The notes under the pieces: generated by a model
Database searches by the model: none
Told to the model about the DNA's origin: nothing
The model's input: only the letters and a program-made list of their open reading frames with translations
Program-made: the position numbers and the translations under genes
Assembly (NCBI GenBank): GCA_964409935.1
Contig: CAYPFP010000005.1
Coordinates: 25,640 to 89,639, forward strand
From: an uncultured Planctomycetota bacterium
Lineage (GTDB): Bacteria; Planctomycetota; Brocadiia; JAADGH01; CAYPFP01
Reading direction: 5' to 3'
DNA length: 64,000 bases
Shown here: in pieces, positions 19,622-30,460 of the stretch
Position numbering within the stretch: position 1 is the first letter of the stretch
How the letters are laid out: every line of letters starts with the position of its first letter

Positions 19622-22600
19622 ATGAAAACTTCCGGTAAGTGGGCGGTTATTGCGCTCGTTTTGGCGGGCGCGCGGGCAGCAGGGGCGGGTGTGGAACTGC
19701 AAGGGGACAGAATTGTCGTTGAGTCGGACAAGGGCAGAGCCGTGATTGAGAGGGGCATGGTCACGGAGCTAATGAATAAACTCACGGGCGAGACATACAC
19801 CAACGGGCGTGGGGAGCGTAAGTCGGCGGGACTCGCGTGGCACAGGACCCAGGCCTATATGGATGAGCGAGCGACGGTTACGCTTGCCAAGACCGCAGGC
19901 AATGCAGCCCAAATCGAAGCTACCCTCGCCGACGGACATCGGCTCACAACGATCGTGACCCTCGACCCCGCCAGCCAAGACATGCAGATTCGGCAAACCG
20001 CATCAACGAAAGACAAAGGCCTCGTCGGAGCGCAGTGGGCGATTGAGGGGCTCGAATCGGCGCGCGTACGAACTCTCGTACCCGGCCATTCAGGCGTGCG
20101 TCTTGACGAAAATTACCCCACTCCAAAGACGCAGTTCGCGTGGCCTGTGGGCTGGGAAGTCCAGATGACGGTGGTTGAGGGCGGGCGCGGGGGGATGGCC
20201 GTCTGGAGCCAGGATACGCAGATGCGTTTCAAGACACTCAAGTGGGAGCGCACGAAGGGCAACGTTACCTTAAGCTTTCTGTCGCAGAATTTTGCGCCCT
20301 TCGATGAACTAACAGAAGTCGAGTCCTGCGAGTGGCGGTTGGCGTTCCATGAGGGCGACTGGCGAGTTCCGGCGCGGCGTTACCGCGATTGGATGGAAAA
20401 GACCTATGGCCTCAAACGGCTCGAAGATCAAACACCCGGCTGGGTAAGGGCCATCCGCTTTCTCGTCATCATGGGCATGGACACAAAGATCCTTGACGCA
20501 CTGAAGGCGCATGTTCGACCTGAGGCCACGCTCTTGTACATCCCCAACTGGCGACAGGATCCATATGACCACAACTATCCCGACTATACGGCAGCCGAAG
20601 GGTTCGGGGAGTTCGTGAAGTATGCCCGTGCGATGGGATATCACGTCATGCCGCACATGAACTACTTCGGATGTCACGAGCGCAATCCGGCGTACGAACG
20701 CTTCAAGGCCTGGCACATGCGGGACCCGTTCACGAGGGAGTTCATGTACTGGGTGCCTTCGCGCCTCAGGCTCAAAGCAAAGAAGGACGAGTTCATCCCC
20801 TGGAAATTCGCCTACATCAACCCCGCCAGCAAAGCATGGCGTGACGAGTTGACGCGGCGACTTGTTGAGGCGCAGGAAAAGTACGGCTTCGACGCCATTC
20901 ACCTGGACCAGACGCTATGTATCGCCAACGACCTCAACGGGAAGATTGACGGGATGTACTGCGCGGAGGGCAACATCGCTCTTCACCGCCAACTGCGGCA
21001 GGCCATGCCGCAAGTGGCACTCTCGGGCGAAGGACTTGACGAAATCACATGCCAGTACGAGGCCTTCGCCCAGCGACACGCCGCAAACGCCGTTGACCAC
21101 AACTATGGCACATGGAACGATGCCTTCATCGCATGTGCGCATCCCATAAGTTCTTATTTTCTCTCACCGTATACGACCATCTACGGATACCTGGGGATGT
21201 GCAACCCTCAGAAGCAGGGGTTATACCTGGCGTGGAAACAGGCGTATGAGAGATGGGGAGTCATACCCACGTTTGCGCGCCCCAACGTATCACAGCTCGA
21301 GGCAGACAGTGAAACTGTGAAGGCATTGTTGCGCGAGGCGCAGGTATGGGTTGCCGATGAACTGACCCCTGATTTTGACGGTGGCCCGCTCGGCTCAGAG
21401 ATCAAGTTCCGCCTCAAAGGCAAGGACGGGGTAAAGGTTGTCTACGCCGACGATGGGGGAGGTTCCCGCATGGTACGTACCGTTGGGGAGAAAGCGGAAC
21501 TGGTCTACCGGATCGTCAAAGGACAACAGACGGTTACTGGGAAGGGCACCATCGCAGACTGGTGGGCATACGACGACGAGAAGATATTTGGGCTCGACCC
21601 GGACAATGCCTATCTATATTGCGATACGCCGAGGGACTTGCATGCGACGCGCGTCTCAGCCGCCCCGGAGGACGCGCGGGTGAGGGTGCTGATGCGCGAC
21701 AAGAACAAGTTCATGGCTGAATTCGAGAGTCTCCCGCAAACGGCAGCCTTTGATTTCGTCAAGAACGTCGCGGCAGCCGATACGGGCATCATACTGGACG
21801 GCAAGGCGCAGCCGCTCGACCATGGCGGAACCTTCATGCCAGGGCAGGGCACCTGCGCGGACGTCATGAAGCCAGTACTGTTTGCACATCCGCCATGGCA
21901 GATCAAGGCGAAAGGCCCCGAACCCCCGCAGACATTCGGGCGGTATCGCGTTAAGTTGCCTGAACAGGGAAGGGCGGACATAACCTTCGCGATCGGCATC
22001 CGCGACCTGGCCGACGCTCGCACGGACGGCGCACAGTTCCGCGTGGAGGTGAATGGCGAGGCCGTGTGTGACGGGGTGTGGGCCAAGAGCGAATGGAAAA
22101 CGGTTACGGCACCGCTGGATAAGTGGCGCGGGAAAGAAGTCAGTGTGACGTTTATCACCACGCCTGGGCCGAAGGGCGACGCCAGTTTTGACTGGGCGCT
22201 TTGGGGCGAACCGAAGATACGATTCGAGGCGCCGGCAAGGCGCGTTGGTGTCAGGGCAGAATCCACGCAGCAGGCAGGACTTGTGACCGGGAGCGACTTG
22301 CGCGTGCAGTCGCGGGAACAGCGGCGCGGCGACGGCATGTGGGTTTACGATATCAACATGGAAATGCCGGGCCGGGTCCTACTTCTCAGCGAAAGACCGC
22401 GGACGGCAAGGTTGCCCGTCCATCTGGCAGAGGAGCGGTTTACAACCTCGTTCACGGTGCGCGACATGCCGGCGAAGGGGCCCTTGCCACATGCGGGGGC
22501 TGCGCCCGGGGCGGGCAAGTCAAGCGGAGAGGAGCGCAAAGGACTCAATGCTCACCCTCCAGACCAAGGACGCACATCGGCGGACTATGCATTGCAACTT

Positions 22601-22858
22601 CCTCATGCAGACAAGGTTACTCTCAGCTTTGCAGTGGCATTGAGGGACGGATCCCAATCCCAGGGCGTCATCTTCATTGTGGAAGCAAACGGACGCGAGT
22701 TGTACCGGCATCGAGTGACCCAACCCGATGGTTGGCATCCGGCCAAGGTGGATCTCTCGGCCTATGCCGGGAAGGCCGTGCTCCTGAGCCTCATCGTGGA
22801 TGCCGACGGCCCCTTCTCGTACGATTGGGCCATGTGGGCAGACCCGGTTCTTCAGTAA
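19622..22858 (+). CDS. secreted TIM-barrel glycoside-hydrolase-like protein with two duplicated C-terminal beta-sandwich modules
   Basis: Signal peptide. Central region (HVMPHMNYFGCHE...GFDAIHLDQT) resembles a glycosidase TIM barrel. Two C-terminal about 90-aa repeats each end in DWA[LM]W[GA][ED]P. Confidence 0.45.
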   Translation: MKTSGKWAVIALVLAGARAAGAGVELQGDRIVVESDKGRAVIERGMVTELMNKLTGETYTNGRGERKSAGLAWHRTQAYMDERATVTLAKTAGNAAQIEATLADGHRLTTIVTLDPASQDMQIRQTASTKDKGLVGAQWAIEGLESARVRTLVPGHSGVRLDENYPTPKTQFAWPVGWEVQMTVVEGGRGGMAVWSQDTQMRFKTLKWERTKGNVTLSFLSQNFAPFDELTEVESCEWRLAFHEGDWRVPARRYRDWMEKTYGLKRLEDQTPGWVRAIRFLVIMGMDTKILDALKAHVRPEATLLYIPNWRQDPYDHNYPDYTAAEGFGEFVKYARAMGYHVMPHMNYFGCHERNPAYERFKAWHMRDPFTREFMYWVPSRLRLKAKKDEFIPWKFAYINPASKAWRDELTRRLVEAQEKYGFDAIHLDQTLCIANDLNGKIDGMYCAEGNIALHRQLRQAMPQVALSGEGLDEITCQYEAFAQRHAANAVDHNYGTWNDAFIACAHPISSYFLSPYTTIYGYLGMCNPQKQGLYLAWKQAYERWGVIPTFARPNVSQLEADSETVKALLREAQVWVADELTPDFDGGPLGSEIKFRLKGKDGVKVVYADDGGGSRMVRTVGEKAELVYRIVKGQQTVTGKGTIADWWAYDDEKIFGLDPDNAYLYCDTPRDLHATRVSAAPEDARVRVLMRDKNKFMAEFESLPQTAAFDFVKNVAAADTGIILDGKAQPLDHGGTFMPGQGTCADVMKPVLFAHPPWQIKAKGPEPPQTFGRYRVKLPEQGRADITFAIGIRDLADARTDGAQFRVEVNGEAVCDGVWAKSEWKTVTAPLDKWRGKEVSVTFITTPGPKGDASFDWALWGEPKIRFEAPARRVGVRAESTQQAGLVTGSDLRVQSREQRRGDGMWVYDINMEMPGRVLLLSERPRTARLPVHLAEERFTTSFTVRDMPAKGPLPHAGAAPGAGKSSGEERKGLNAHPPDQGRTSADYALQLPHADKVTLSFAVALRDGSQSQGVIFIVEANGRELYRHRVTQPDGWHPAKVDLSAYAGKAVLLSLIVDADGPFSYDWAMWADPVLQ

Positions 22859-22903
22859 GCGTCCGCCTCTGCCGGCTTTCTAACGACAGTCGCGAGGACA
22901 CAG

Positions 22904-23692
22904 ATGCGAATTGATTCACATGCGCACGGCGCAGCGGCCAGTCTCAAGAGCAAGCCCAGGGAATATGTCGAAGCCTGCACGAAGATTGGCATCTCCGCTG
23001 TTGTCCTGATCGCCGAACCCGATACCGTGTTCGCATCGAAGAAGCGGATGGGCAGCTTTGTGATACCCGTGCCGATCATTGATATGGACCGGACCCACCC
23101 CGCAGACGTCCATCGGCTGTTCGACAAGGGCGCCAAGGGTATCAAATTCTTCCTGCCGCAGCACCCCTACGGAGACGAAAGATACTACCCCCTCTATGAG
23201 ACCCTCAGGGAACGCGACGGGGCGGCTGTGTTTCACACAGGATACGTAATGCACGACCAGAAGTACTCGCCCAAGTGGCGGGTAAAGCTCGACGACATGC
23301 GCAGCGCACACATGGACACCATAGCGCGATGGGTTCCGGGCATACGCATGTTGATGTCGCACTTCGGCAACCCGTACTGGGACGAGTGCTGGAAGATCAT
23401 GTGGGCGCATGAGAACGCATACGCGGATCTATCAGGCGGGACGGCAATCGTCAGGTCCATGCTCTTCTGGAAGGAGACATTTGCACCGAACGGAAAGCTC
23501 CTTGACGATTGCATAGGCAAGCTCTGCTTCGGGACCGACCTGACGTACTTCGGGGAGCAATTGAGGGTAGGGCCATACATCGAGTTCTATGAACGCCTTT
23601 TTCGCGAATGCGGTGTGTCGCCGACGCTGCAAGAAAAGATCAATGCCGGCAATATCCTCTCGCTTTTCAAGCTCGACCGCCAAGAATTTTAG
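22904..23692 (+). CDS. amidohydrolase-2-type metal-dependent TIM-barrel hydrolase
   Basis: MRIDSHAHG start. Has the His/Asp metal ligand pattern and a GAGGA RBS. Confidence 0.6.
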   Translation: MRIDSHAHGAAASLKSKPREYVEACTKIGISAVVLIAEPDTVFASKKRMGSFVIPVPIIDMDRTHPADVHRLFDKGAKGIKFFLPQHPYGDERYYPLYETLRERDGAAVFHTGYVMHDQKYSPKWRVKLDDMRSAHMDTIARWVPGIRMLMSHFGNPYWDECWKIMWAHENAYADLSGGTAIVRSMLFWKETFAPNGKLLDDCIGKLCFGTDLTYFGEQLRVGPYIEFYERLFRECGVSPTLQEKINAGNILSLFKLDRQEF

Positions 23693-23714
23693 GAAGTGTG
23701 CGAAGGAGAGCGGA

Positions 23715-24008
23715 ATGATTTATAAGAGCAGTGAGATGCAAGAAAAAGACGGGCGCCAACATTATCCAATCGAGGGGAAGCTGAAGCGGATACAACATTT
23801 CGTTTGCCGGGTGACAACCAAGAGCACGCCCTTCGGGCCGCACAAGCACGATGGAGAGGAATTGTGGTATATCGTGGAGGGGGAGGGCAAGGTCACGCTG
23901 GACGGAGAGGAGACTGTTGTGGGCGCCGGCGACCTGATCGTGCTGACGCCGTGGCGAAACCATGGAATAAGCAGCGATAGCCGTGTACGGTGGTTATGCA
24001 TCGGTTGA
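23715..24008 (+). CDS. cupin domain protein
   Basis: GPHKHDGEELWYIVEGEG...GDLIVLTPWRNHG cupin motifs. AGGAGAG RBS before the ATG at 23715; the track ORF start at 23589 is upstream and unsupported. Confidence 0.65.
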   Translation: MIYKSSEMQEKDGRQHYPIEGKLKRIQHFVCRVTTKSTPFGPHKHDGEELWYIVEGEGKVTLDGEETVVGAGDLIVLTPWRNHGISSDSRVRWLCIG

Positions 24009-24058
24009 ACGCCTACCGACCAGCAAAGAGCGAACACAGTCGCGAAGGAAAAAAGGTA

Positions 24059-24850
24059 ATGACACACCTAACGTGGTTCCGGTGGCCTGCTTCGGGGGCA
24101 GGCAGGGAGTACGAAGGAGCGGCAACGTTGAGTTTCGACGACGGCCGGCCGAGCCAATGGGAGATGGCGATGCCCCTGCTAGCCGAACACGGCCTCCGGG
24201 CGACGTTCTATGTCCCCGCGATCGAGGATCGGCTCGCGGCGCATGCCGGAACGTGGAGACAAGCAGCGGCCTTCGGGCATGAGGTTGGGAACCACACGAC
24301 GCACCATCGCTGCACGGCTAATTACCAATTCCGCAATCCCCAGGAGTGCCTGGAATTCATCAGCCTCAAAGACATTGAGGAAGACGTACTGGGCGCCTCG
24401 CGCAAGATCCGCGAAACAGTGCCGGGGCAGGAGGGGTTCACATTCTGCTATCCCTGCTATCAGAGCTACGTGGGAATGGGGGAGGGGAGGCAAAGCTACG
24501 TCCCTATCATCGCTCGCAACTTCATCGCTGCGCGAGGATGGGGAGAGATGGCAAACCACCCCGAATTGATTGACCTGCATTATCTCACCTCCAAACCATT
24601 CTACAACGCAACCTCCCAGGAGATGATTGACGAGATTGAGAAAGCGGCGCAGACAGGGCGGTGGGCCATACTCACTTTCCACGGCATTCTCAAAGAGCCG
24701 GGTCCGGGAACCCAGGCCATGCATTTGCAGACGCTTTGCGCTTACCTGGCCCGGAACAAGCACCGGATATGGACGGACTCGGTGTATCGGATAGCGAAAC
24801 AAATCCACACAACCCGACGGCAAAACGAGAACAAGCAACACAGTTCATAA
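24059..24850 (+). CDS. polysaccharide deacetylase (CE4/NodB-like)
   Basis: LSFDDGRPSQ (NodB motif 1), YVP..., and His motifs. AAGGAAAAAAGG RBS before the ATG. Confidence 0.65.
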   Translation: MTHLTWFRWPASGAGREYEGAATLSFDDGRPSQWEMAMPLLAEHGLRATFYVPAIEDRLAAHAGTWRQAAAFGHEVGNHTTHHRCTANYQFRNPQECLEFISLKDIEEDVLGASRKIRETVPGQEGFTFCYPCYQSYVGMGEGRQSYVPIIARNFIAARGWGEMANHPELIDLHYLTSKPFYNATSQEMIDEIEKAAQTGRWAILTFHGILKEPGPGTQAMHLQTLCAYLARNKHRIWTDSVYRIAKQIHTTRRQNENKQHSS

Positions 24851-24898
24851 GCAGCACAGGGCTAAGCCCCTTCTTGAAAACCTGGGAAGGAGAGGATC

Positions 24899-27649
24899 AT
24901 GCGGCGCATGAGCATTGTACTTATGGTGATTGCCGGAATTGCTCTTGGGACAGGGTCGTGCGCAACGATAAAGGAACTGAAGATGACGGCGGAGGGAAAG
25001 GCGTTTTACGTGGCGACGGATGGGCGCGACGATCATCCCGGGACGAAAGAACGACCGTTCGCAACACTCCAGCGCGCACGCGACGAGGTCCGCAAACAGA
25101 AGCAGGCAGGGACGCTGAAAGAGGGGATAAGCGTGATTGTCCGCAGAGGCACGTACTGTCTGCCGGAAACGCTGCAGTTGGGTCCCGAAGATTCGGGCAC
25201 GACCTATCAGGCCTACGAAGGCGAGAAGGCCGTGCTCATGGGCGCCAAACAGGTCACCGGGTTTGTCGTGCACAAGGGACAAGTTCTAAAGGCCGATGTG
25301 GGGGCGCAAGGGCTCAAGGGCAAATATTTCAGGCAGCTCTTCTTCGACGGCAAACGCATGCACCTGGCAAGATACCCCAACTATGATCCCAAGAATCCCT
25401 ACGGGGGCGGATGGGCCTTCGCCGACGGCACACCATCGAGTATGTACCAGGATATTCCGGAGGAAGACAAACGCACCCTGCACTACAAGAAAGAAGACGC
25501 TCGACAGTGGAGCAAGCCCGAGGAAGGCGAGGTGTTTGTTTTTCCCCGTTACAACTGGTGGAACAACATCGTCCGCATCGCCTCGACGGACCCCGACAAG
25601 CGGACCCTCACGCTGGCCGGGGACGCTTCCTACTCCATACGGCCAGGGGACCGGTACTACGTGAGAAACATCTTCGAGGAATTGGACTCCCCCGGCGAAT
25701 GGTTCCTGGACGCCCCCGACGTCGGGGGGACGGAAACGTGGACGCTGTATTTCTGGCCCCCGACGTCGGGGGCGCCGCCGACGGCGCTGGAGGGAAAAGC
25801 AGTCTACGCGCCGATCATGCGAACCATAATCGAGATCGGGCCGGGGTCGGCGAACATCACCATCCGGGGATTCGTCATCGAGGGCTGCGAAGGAACGGCG
25901 ATTACGCTCAATGGCGCCAACGATTGTCTCATTGCGGGGAACACCATTCGTAACGTCGGGGACTACAATGGATCGGGGGCAGGCGTAGATGGCGGCAACA
26001 GGAACGGCGTGGTCGGGAATGACATCTATGAAGTCGGCCGCAACGGTATCTCGCTGAGCGGCGGCGACCGCCCGACCCTGACGCCTGCGGGAAACTATGC
26101 CGAGAACAATTACATCCACCACGTGGGCGTGTTCTATAAGCAGGGCGTGGGCATATCAATGACAGGTTGCGGTTTGCGAGCCTCTCACAACTTGGTCCAC
26201 GACGGCCCGCGAATGGGCATCATGTTCAGCGGCAACAACCTGCTTATTGAATACAACGAGATCCGCCACGTGAACCTAGAGACGGAAGACACCGGCGCCG
26301 TTTATACCGGCGGACGCGACTGGATCGGGTCGCGCGGGACCGTGATACGATACAACTACTTCCACGATATCCTCGGGTTTGGGAAGAAGGACGGCAAGTG
26401 GATCTCACCGTACTTCGCCTGGGGCGTATACCTCGATGACAACGCCGGCGGAGTGGATGTCATCGGGAACATCGTGGTGCGCGCGACCAGGGCCGGACTT
26501 CACCTGCACAACGGCCGCGACAACCTGATTGAGAATAACGTCTTTGCCGACAACGGCCCCCAGCAGGCCGAATACAGCGGATGGACGGACACGCACCGCT
26601 ACTGGACGACCCATCTCGAGAGCATGATCAAAGGCTACGAGTCGGTGGTCAACCAACCCGCATGGAAGAACATGCGGAACATGCACACCCATCCAACCAA
26701 GGCCGTCCTGCCCGACAGGACGATCATGAGTGGAAACGTCTTGCAGCGCAACATTTTCTACTACCGCGACCCCAAAGCAAAACTGTTCAGCTTCCGCACC
26801 GTCTCTTTCGAGCATAACAAGTCCGATTATAATCTCGTGTATAACTTCGGGCACCCAATCCAAACGGGGCAGTTCAAGGTAAAGCAGGTTCTCGGCCCGA
26901 ACCTTGTCGCGAACCCCAGTTATGAGGAAGGGGAGGCCGGAGAACTGCCCAAGGACTGGCGCTGGCAGATTCGGCCCGGCGGGAACGCAACCGCCGGCGT
27001 TGATCCAAACGTTCGCTGCGACGGCAAGCAATCACTGAGGCTTGACTGGGCCACCGCCACGGATGACAAGGGGCGGACGACACATCCCGAAGTCGTGAGC
27101 AGTGATATGCCTGCCAAGCTTGGGCAGGCATACCGAATAACGGGACGAATCAAGGCAGAGAAGCCAGGAACGCGGGTATCGTTTGGCGTACAGTCATACG
27201 TGGCCAACGTATATTTCTGGTCGAAGCAGACGCAAGCAATGCTTGCCACGGAATGGAAGGAGTGCGAAGTCATCGCCAAGTTTCCGGCGCCCACTGATGC
27301 GAACTACAAGCCCGAGATGAAGGCCATGTGCATCCGCATTGATCATTTGGGCGAAGGAGGCGCGGTCTGGGTGGACGACGTGTGTGTCAAGGAGGCTGTG
27401 GCGATGGATGAGTGGGAGTCGTGGCAATCGCTCGGACAGGACCAGCACTCCATCGTTGCGGACCCCATGTTCGCAAACCCGGACAGAGATGATTACCGGC
27501 TGAAGCCGGAATCCCCCGCTTTCAAGCTGGGATTCAAACCGATACCCGTCGAAGAGATCGGCCCTTATGCCTCGCCGCTGAGGGCCTCATGGCCGATTGT
27601 CGAAGCAGAGGGCGCAAGGGAGAAACCGCTGACAATCGAGGGCCAGTGA
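24899..27649 (+). CDS. right-handed parallel beta-helix repeat secreted protein (pectate-lyase fold) with C-terminal carbohydrate-binding-like domains
   Basis: Signal peptide/lipobox (LGTGSC). Repeated NxxxxG beta-helix turns (NNYIHHVG, HNLVHDGPRMGIMFSGNN). It is a paralog of the next gene. Confidence 0.6.
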   Translation: MRRMSIVLMVIAGIALGTGSCATIKELKMTAEGKAFYVATDGRDDHPGTKERPFATLQRARDEVRKQKQAGTLKEGISVIVRRGTYCLPETLQLGPEDSGTTYQAYEGEKAVLMGAKQVTGFVVHKGQVLKADVGAQGLKGKYFRQLFFDGKRMHLARYPNYDPKNPYGGGWAFADGTPSSMYQDIPEEDKRTLHYKKEDARQWSKPEEGEVFVFPRYNWWNNIVRIASTDPDKRTLTLAGDASYSIRPGDRYYVRNIFEELDSPGEWFLDAPDVGGTETWTLYFWPPTSGAPPTALEGKAVYAPIMRTIIEIGPGSANITIRGFVIEGCEGTAITLNGANDCLIAGNTIRNVGDYNGSGAGVDGGNRNGVVGNDIYEVGRNGISLSGGDRPTLTPAGNYAENNYIHHVGVFYKQGVGISMTGCGLRASHNLVHDGPRMGIMFSGNNLLIEYNEIRHVNLETEDTGAVYTGGRDWIGSRGTVIRYNYFHDILGFGKKDGKWISPYFAWGVYLDDNAGGVDVIGNIVVRATRAGLHLHNGRDNLIENNVFADNGPQQAEYSGWTDTHRYWTTHLESMIKGYESVVNQPAWKNMRNMHTHPTKAVLPDRTIMSGNVLQRNIFYYRDPKAKLFSFRTVSFEHNKSDYNLVYNFGHPIQTGQFKVKQVLGPNLVANPSYEEGEAGELPKDWRWQIRPGGNATAGVDPNVRCDGKQSLRLDWATATDDKGRTTHPEVVSSDMPAKLGQAYRITGRIKAEKPGTRVSFGVQSYVANVYFWSKQTQAMLATEWKECEVIAKFPAPTDANYKPEMKAMCIRIDHLGEGGAVWVDDVCVKEAVAMDEWESWQSLGQDQHSIVADPMFANPDRDDYRLKPESPAFKLGFKPIPVEEIGPYASPLRASWPIVEAEGAREKPLTIEGQ

Positions 27650-27669
27650 CACGATACAGGAGGACTAGC

Positions 27670-30444
27670 ATGCCCATCCCCATTCTGGTGACAGCGCTCT
27701 GTATGACCGCCTTATTGATCGGATGCGTGGAGGAGAAACGCATGTCACAATCTGAGAGACGTGCGGGAGCAACATTCTATGTCGCGACGGACGGGAATGA
27801 CAGTTGGTCCGGCAAGACGGCTTCCCCCAATCCGGAGCAGACAGACGGCCCATTCGCCACCATAGAGCGGGCGCGTGATGAGATTCGAAGGCTCAAGAAG
27901 GCAGATCAGTTGCCTGCGGGAGGGGTACGCATCGAGATGCGGGACGGCGCGTACGAGATCGGCAAACCATTGGAGCTGACGGCCGAGGACTCGGGAAGCG
28001 AGGCCGCGCCGATTGAGTACCGCGCATGCCCCGGCGAGGAAGTGCGGCTGACTGGCGGACGGATGATCTCGAATTTTGAGCCGGTCAAAGACCCATCGGT
28101 GTTAAGCCGACTGGACGAAAGCGCCCGGAGCCGGGTGCTGCAAGCCGATCTTCGTGAACTTGGGATCACCGACTTCGGGGATGCAAAAGAGGGCCTGCTT
28201 GAGCTTTTCTACCGGGACAAGGCCATGACTGTGGCTCGTTGGCCGAATGAGGGTTTTGTGAAGATCACCGAAGTCCTGGGAAAGACCGAGCGGGATGTTC
28301 GGGGCACAAAGGGCCGCGCAGAAGGCGTGTTCCAGTTTGAGGGAGACAGGGCCAAGCGATGGGTCGGCGAGAAGGACCTGTGGGTGCATGGGTACTGGTT
28401 CTGGGACTGGGCAGATCAGCGGCAGAAGGTGGAATCCCTCGATGCCGAGAAAGGCACCATCACGACCGTACCGCCCCACCACGGCTACGGATACCGCAAA
28501 GGGCAGTGGTTCTACGCTTACAACATCCTCGCTGAGTTGGACACGCCGGGAGAGTGGTTCCTCGACCGAGAGAAAGGGATACTCTACTTCTGGCCGCCCG
28601 GTCCCATCGAAGCAGGCCGCCCAATGGTGTCGGTGGCCAAGAACCTCATCACGATGAAAGACGTTTCATACACGACGTTGCGGGGGTTCATCGTAGAGGG
28701 GTTCCGAGCGACCCCGATCAGCATTAGCGGAGGAAGCCGTAACCGGGTCGCCGGCTGCATCATCAAGAACAGCGCAAAGAACGCGGTAAGCATCAACGGC
28801 GGGACCCACAACGGTGTGGCCGGCTGCAACGTATACAACATGGGCGAAGGAGGCATCTCCGTTGCGGGAGGCGACCGCAAGACGCTCACGCCGTGCGCAA
28901 ACTATGTGGAAAACAACCACATCCACCATTACGGGCGCTGGAAGCCGATGTACAGCGCCGGGGTGTCATTCCAAGGGGTGGGGATCCGGGTTGCGCACAA
29001 CCTGATTGACAATGCCCCGCACTGCGCCATCCTGTTTGGCGGGAACGAGAACCTGATCGAGTTCAACGAGATTCACAGCGTATGCTACGAGTCCAACGAC
29101 GCAGGCGCCATCTATGCGGGACGCGACTGGACACAACGCGGGAACATTGTTCGCCACAACTTCCTGCATCACATCTGCGGCTTCGAAGGACGCGGGTGCG
29201 TGGGCATCTACAACGACGACATGTATTGCGGAACAATCATGTACGGCAATCTATTCTACCGCGTGCCGATGGCGGCGTTTGTGGGGGGAGGGCGGGACTG
29301 CATCATCGAGAACAATATATTCCTGGACTGCATGCCTGCGATCCATGTGGACGCACGGGCCATGGGATGGGCGCACGCGTGCTCGGATCGCTGGATCGAG
29401 GAGGGGCGCGAGAAGGGGACGCTTTCCGGCATAAAGTACAAGGAGCCGCCATACAGCGTCAAGTACCCGGAACTTGTGAACATCCTTGACGACGAACCCG
29501 CGGCGCCCAAGGGCAACAAGATCATCCGGAACATCTGGCGGGGCGGAAAGTGGGAGAGCGTACAGGGACAAGCGAAACCATACATCGCCTACCAAGACAA
29601 CCTCATGGACGAGGACCCGAAGTTCGTGCAAGGCGCCGCTATACTCGAGCGGCCGGGCGGCTTCAAGGAGTTCCAACTGCGGGATGATTCCCCTGCGTAC
29701 AAGCTGGGTTTCAAGAAGATACCGATTGCAGCAATCGGGCTTTATAAAGACCCCGATCGTGCATCATGGCCCCCAAGGCATACGATACGGCCAATGGTCG
29801 TGCGAGCCGCAAAGGGAGCTCCGCCGAAAAAAGGCCCCGGCCCAGTCTTCAGTGTTGCGCGCGTTTCAACGGCGATTACCATTGACGGCACGCTTGCGCC
29901 GGGCGAGTGGGCCGGATGCGATGTGAAAAAGGCGATGCCGCTGGAGCGGGGAGTGCAACACGAGCCGCTGCAGCCCCGCAGTTGGGCGTGGCTGGCCTGG
30001 GACGACCAGAATCTATACGTCGGCGTCCTGAACGAGGTCAGCGCCGCGAGGCCCCTGCGGAAGGGCGCCAAGTGGGGACAGGATGATGCGGTGGAAGTGG
30101 CCCTCCGGAACCCGGGTTCCGGGAAGACGGCCCCGATTTTCGTGCTCCGCGGTTATCCCAACGGACACTTTGAGAGCAGCACGGAGTCGGGCATTTCGGC
30201 CGACGCGGCGCGCAAGGCTGGAGAAGCCGTGAAGTTCGCGGCCAAGATCGTGGACTCGGGGCATTGGGCGGCGGAGTACCGCATCCCGTTTGCCGCGCTG
30301 GGGATTGATCGCGCCAAACACACGAAGCTGGAACTCAATGTGAGCGTACGCAAGAGCGCGGAGCCAATCTGGATAATGTGGCAGGGAACAAGCGCATGCA
30401 CGTGGGAGGTCGGCAACGCGGGGATAATCGCTCTAATCAGATGA
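27670..30444 (+). CDS. right-handed parallel beta-helix repeat secreted protein, paralog of 24899-27649
   Basis: AGGAGGAC RBS then ATG, and lipobox LIGC. Blocks are colinear with the upstream gene (FYVATDG, NNHIHHYG, HNLIDNAPHCAILFGGNENLIEFNEIHSV). Confidence 0.6.
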   Translation: MPIPILVTALCMTALLIGCVEEKRMSQSERRAGATFYVATDGNDSWSGKTASPNPEQTDGPFATIERARDEIRRLKKADQLPAGGVRIEMRDGAYEIGKPLELTAEDSGSEAAPIEYRACPGEEVRLTGGRMISNFEPVKDPSVLSRLDESARSRVLQADLRELGITDFGDAKEGLLELFYRDKAMTVARWPNEGFVKITEVLGKTERDVRGTKGRAEGVFQFEGDRAKRWVGEKDLWVHGYWFWDWADQRQKVESLDAEKGTITTVPPHHGYGYRKGQWFYAYNILAELDTPGEWFLDREKGILYFWPPGPIEAGRPMVSVAKNLITMKDVSYTTLRGFIVEGFRATPISISGGSRNRVAGCIIKNSAKNAVSINGGTHNGVAGCNVYNMGEGGISVAGGDRKTLTPCANYVENNHIHHYGRWKPMYSAGVSFQGVGIRVAHNLIDNAPHCAILFGGNENLIEFNEIHSVCYESNDAGAIYAGRDWTQRGNIVRHNFLHHICGFEGRGCVGIYNDDMYCGTIMYGNLFYRVPMAAFVGGGRDCIIENNIFLDCMPAIHVDARAMGWAHACSDRWIEEGREKGTLSGIKYKEPPYSVKYPELVNILDDEPAAPKGNKIIRNIWRGGKWESVQGQAKPYIAYQDNLMDEDPKFVQGAAILERPGGFKEFQLRDDSPAYKLGFKKIPIAAIGLYKDPDRASWPPRHTIRPMVVRAAKGAPPKKGPGPVFSVARVSTAITIDGTLAPGEWAGCDVKKAMPLERGVQHEPLQPRSWAWLAWDDQNLYVGVLNEVSAARPLRKGAKWGQDDAVEVALRNPGSGKTAPIFVLRGYPNGHFESSTESGISADAARKAGEAVKFAAKIVDSGHWAAEYRIPFAALGIDRAKHTKLELNVSVRKSAEPIWIMWQGTSACTWEVGNAGIIALIR

Positions 30445-30460
30445 CACGAGCCGCATAAGA

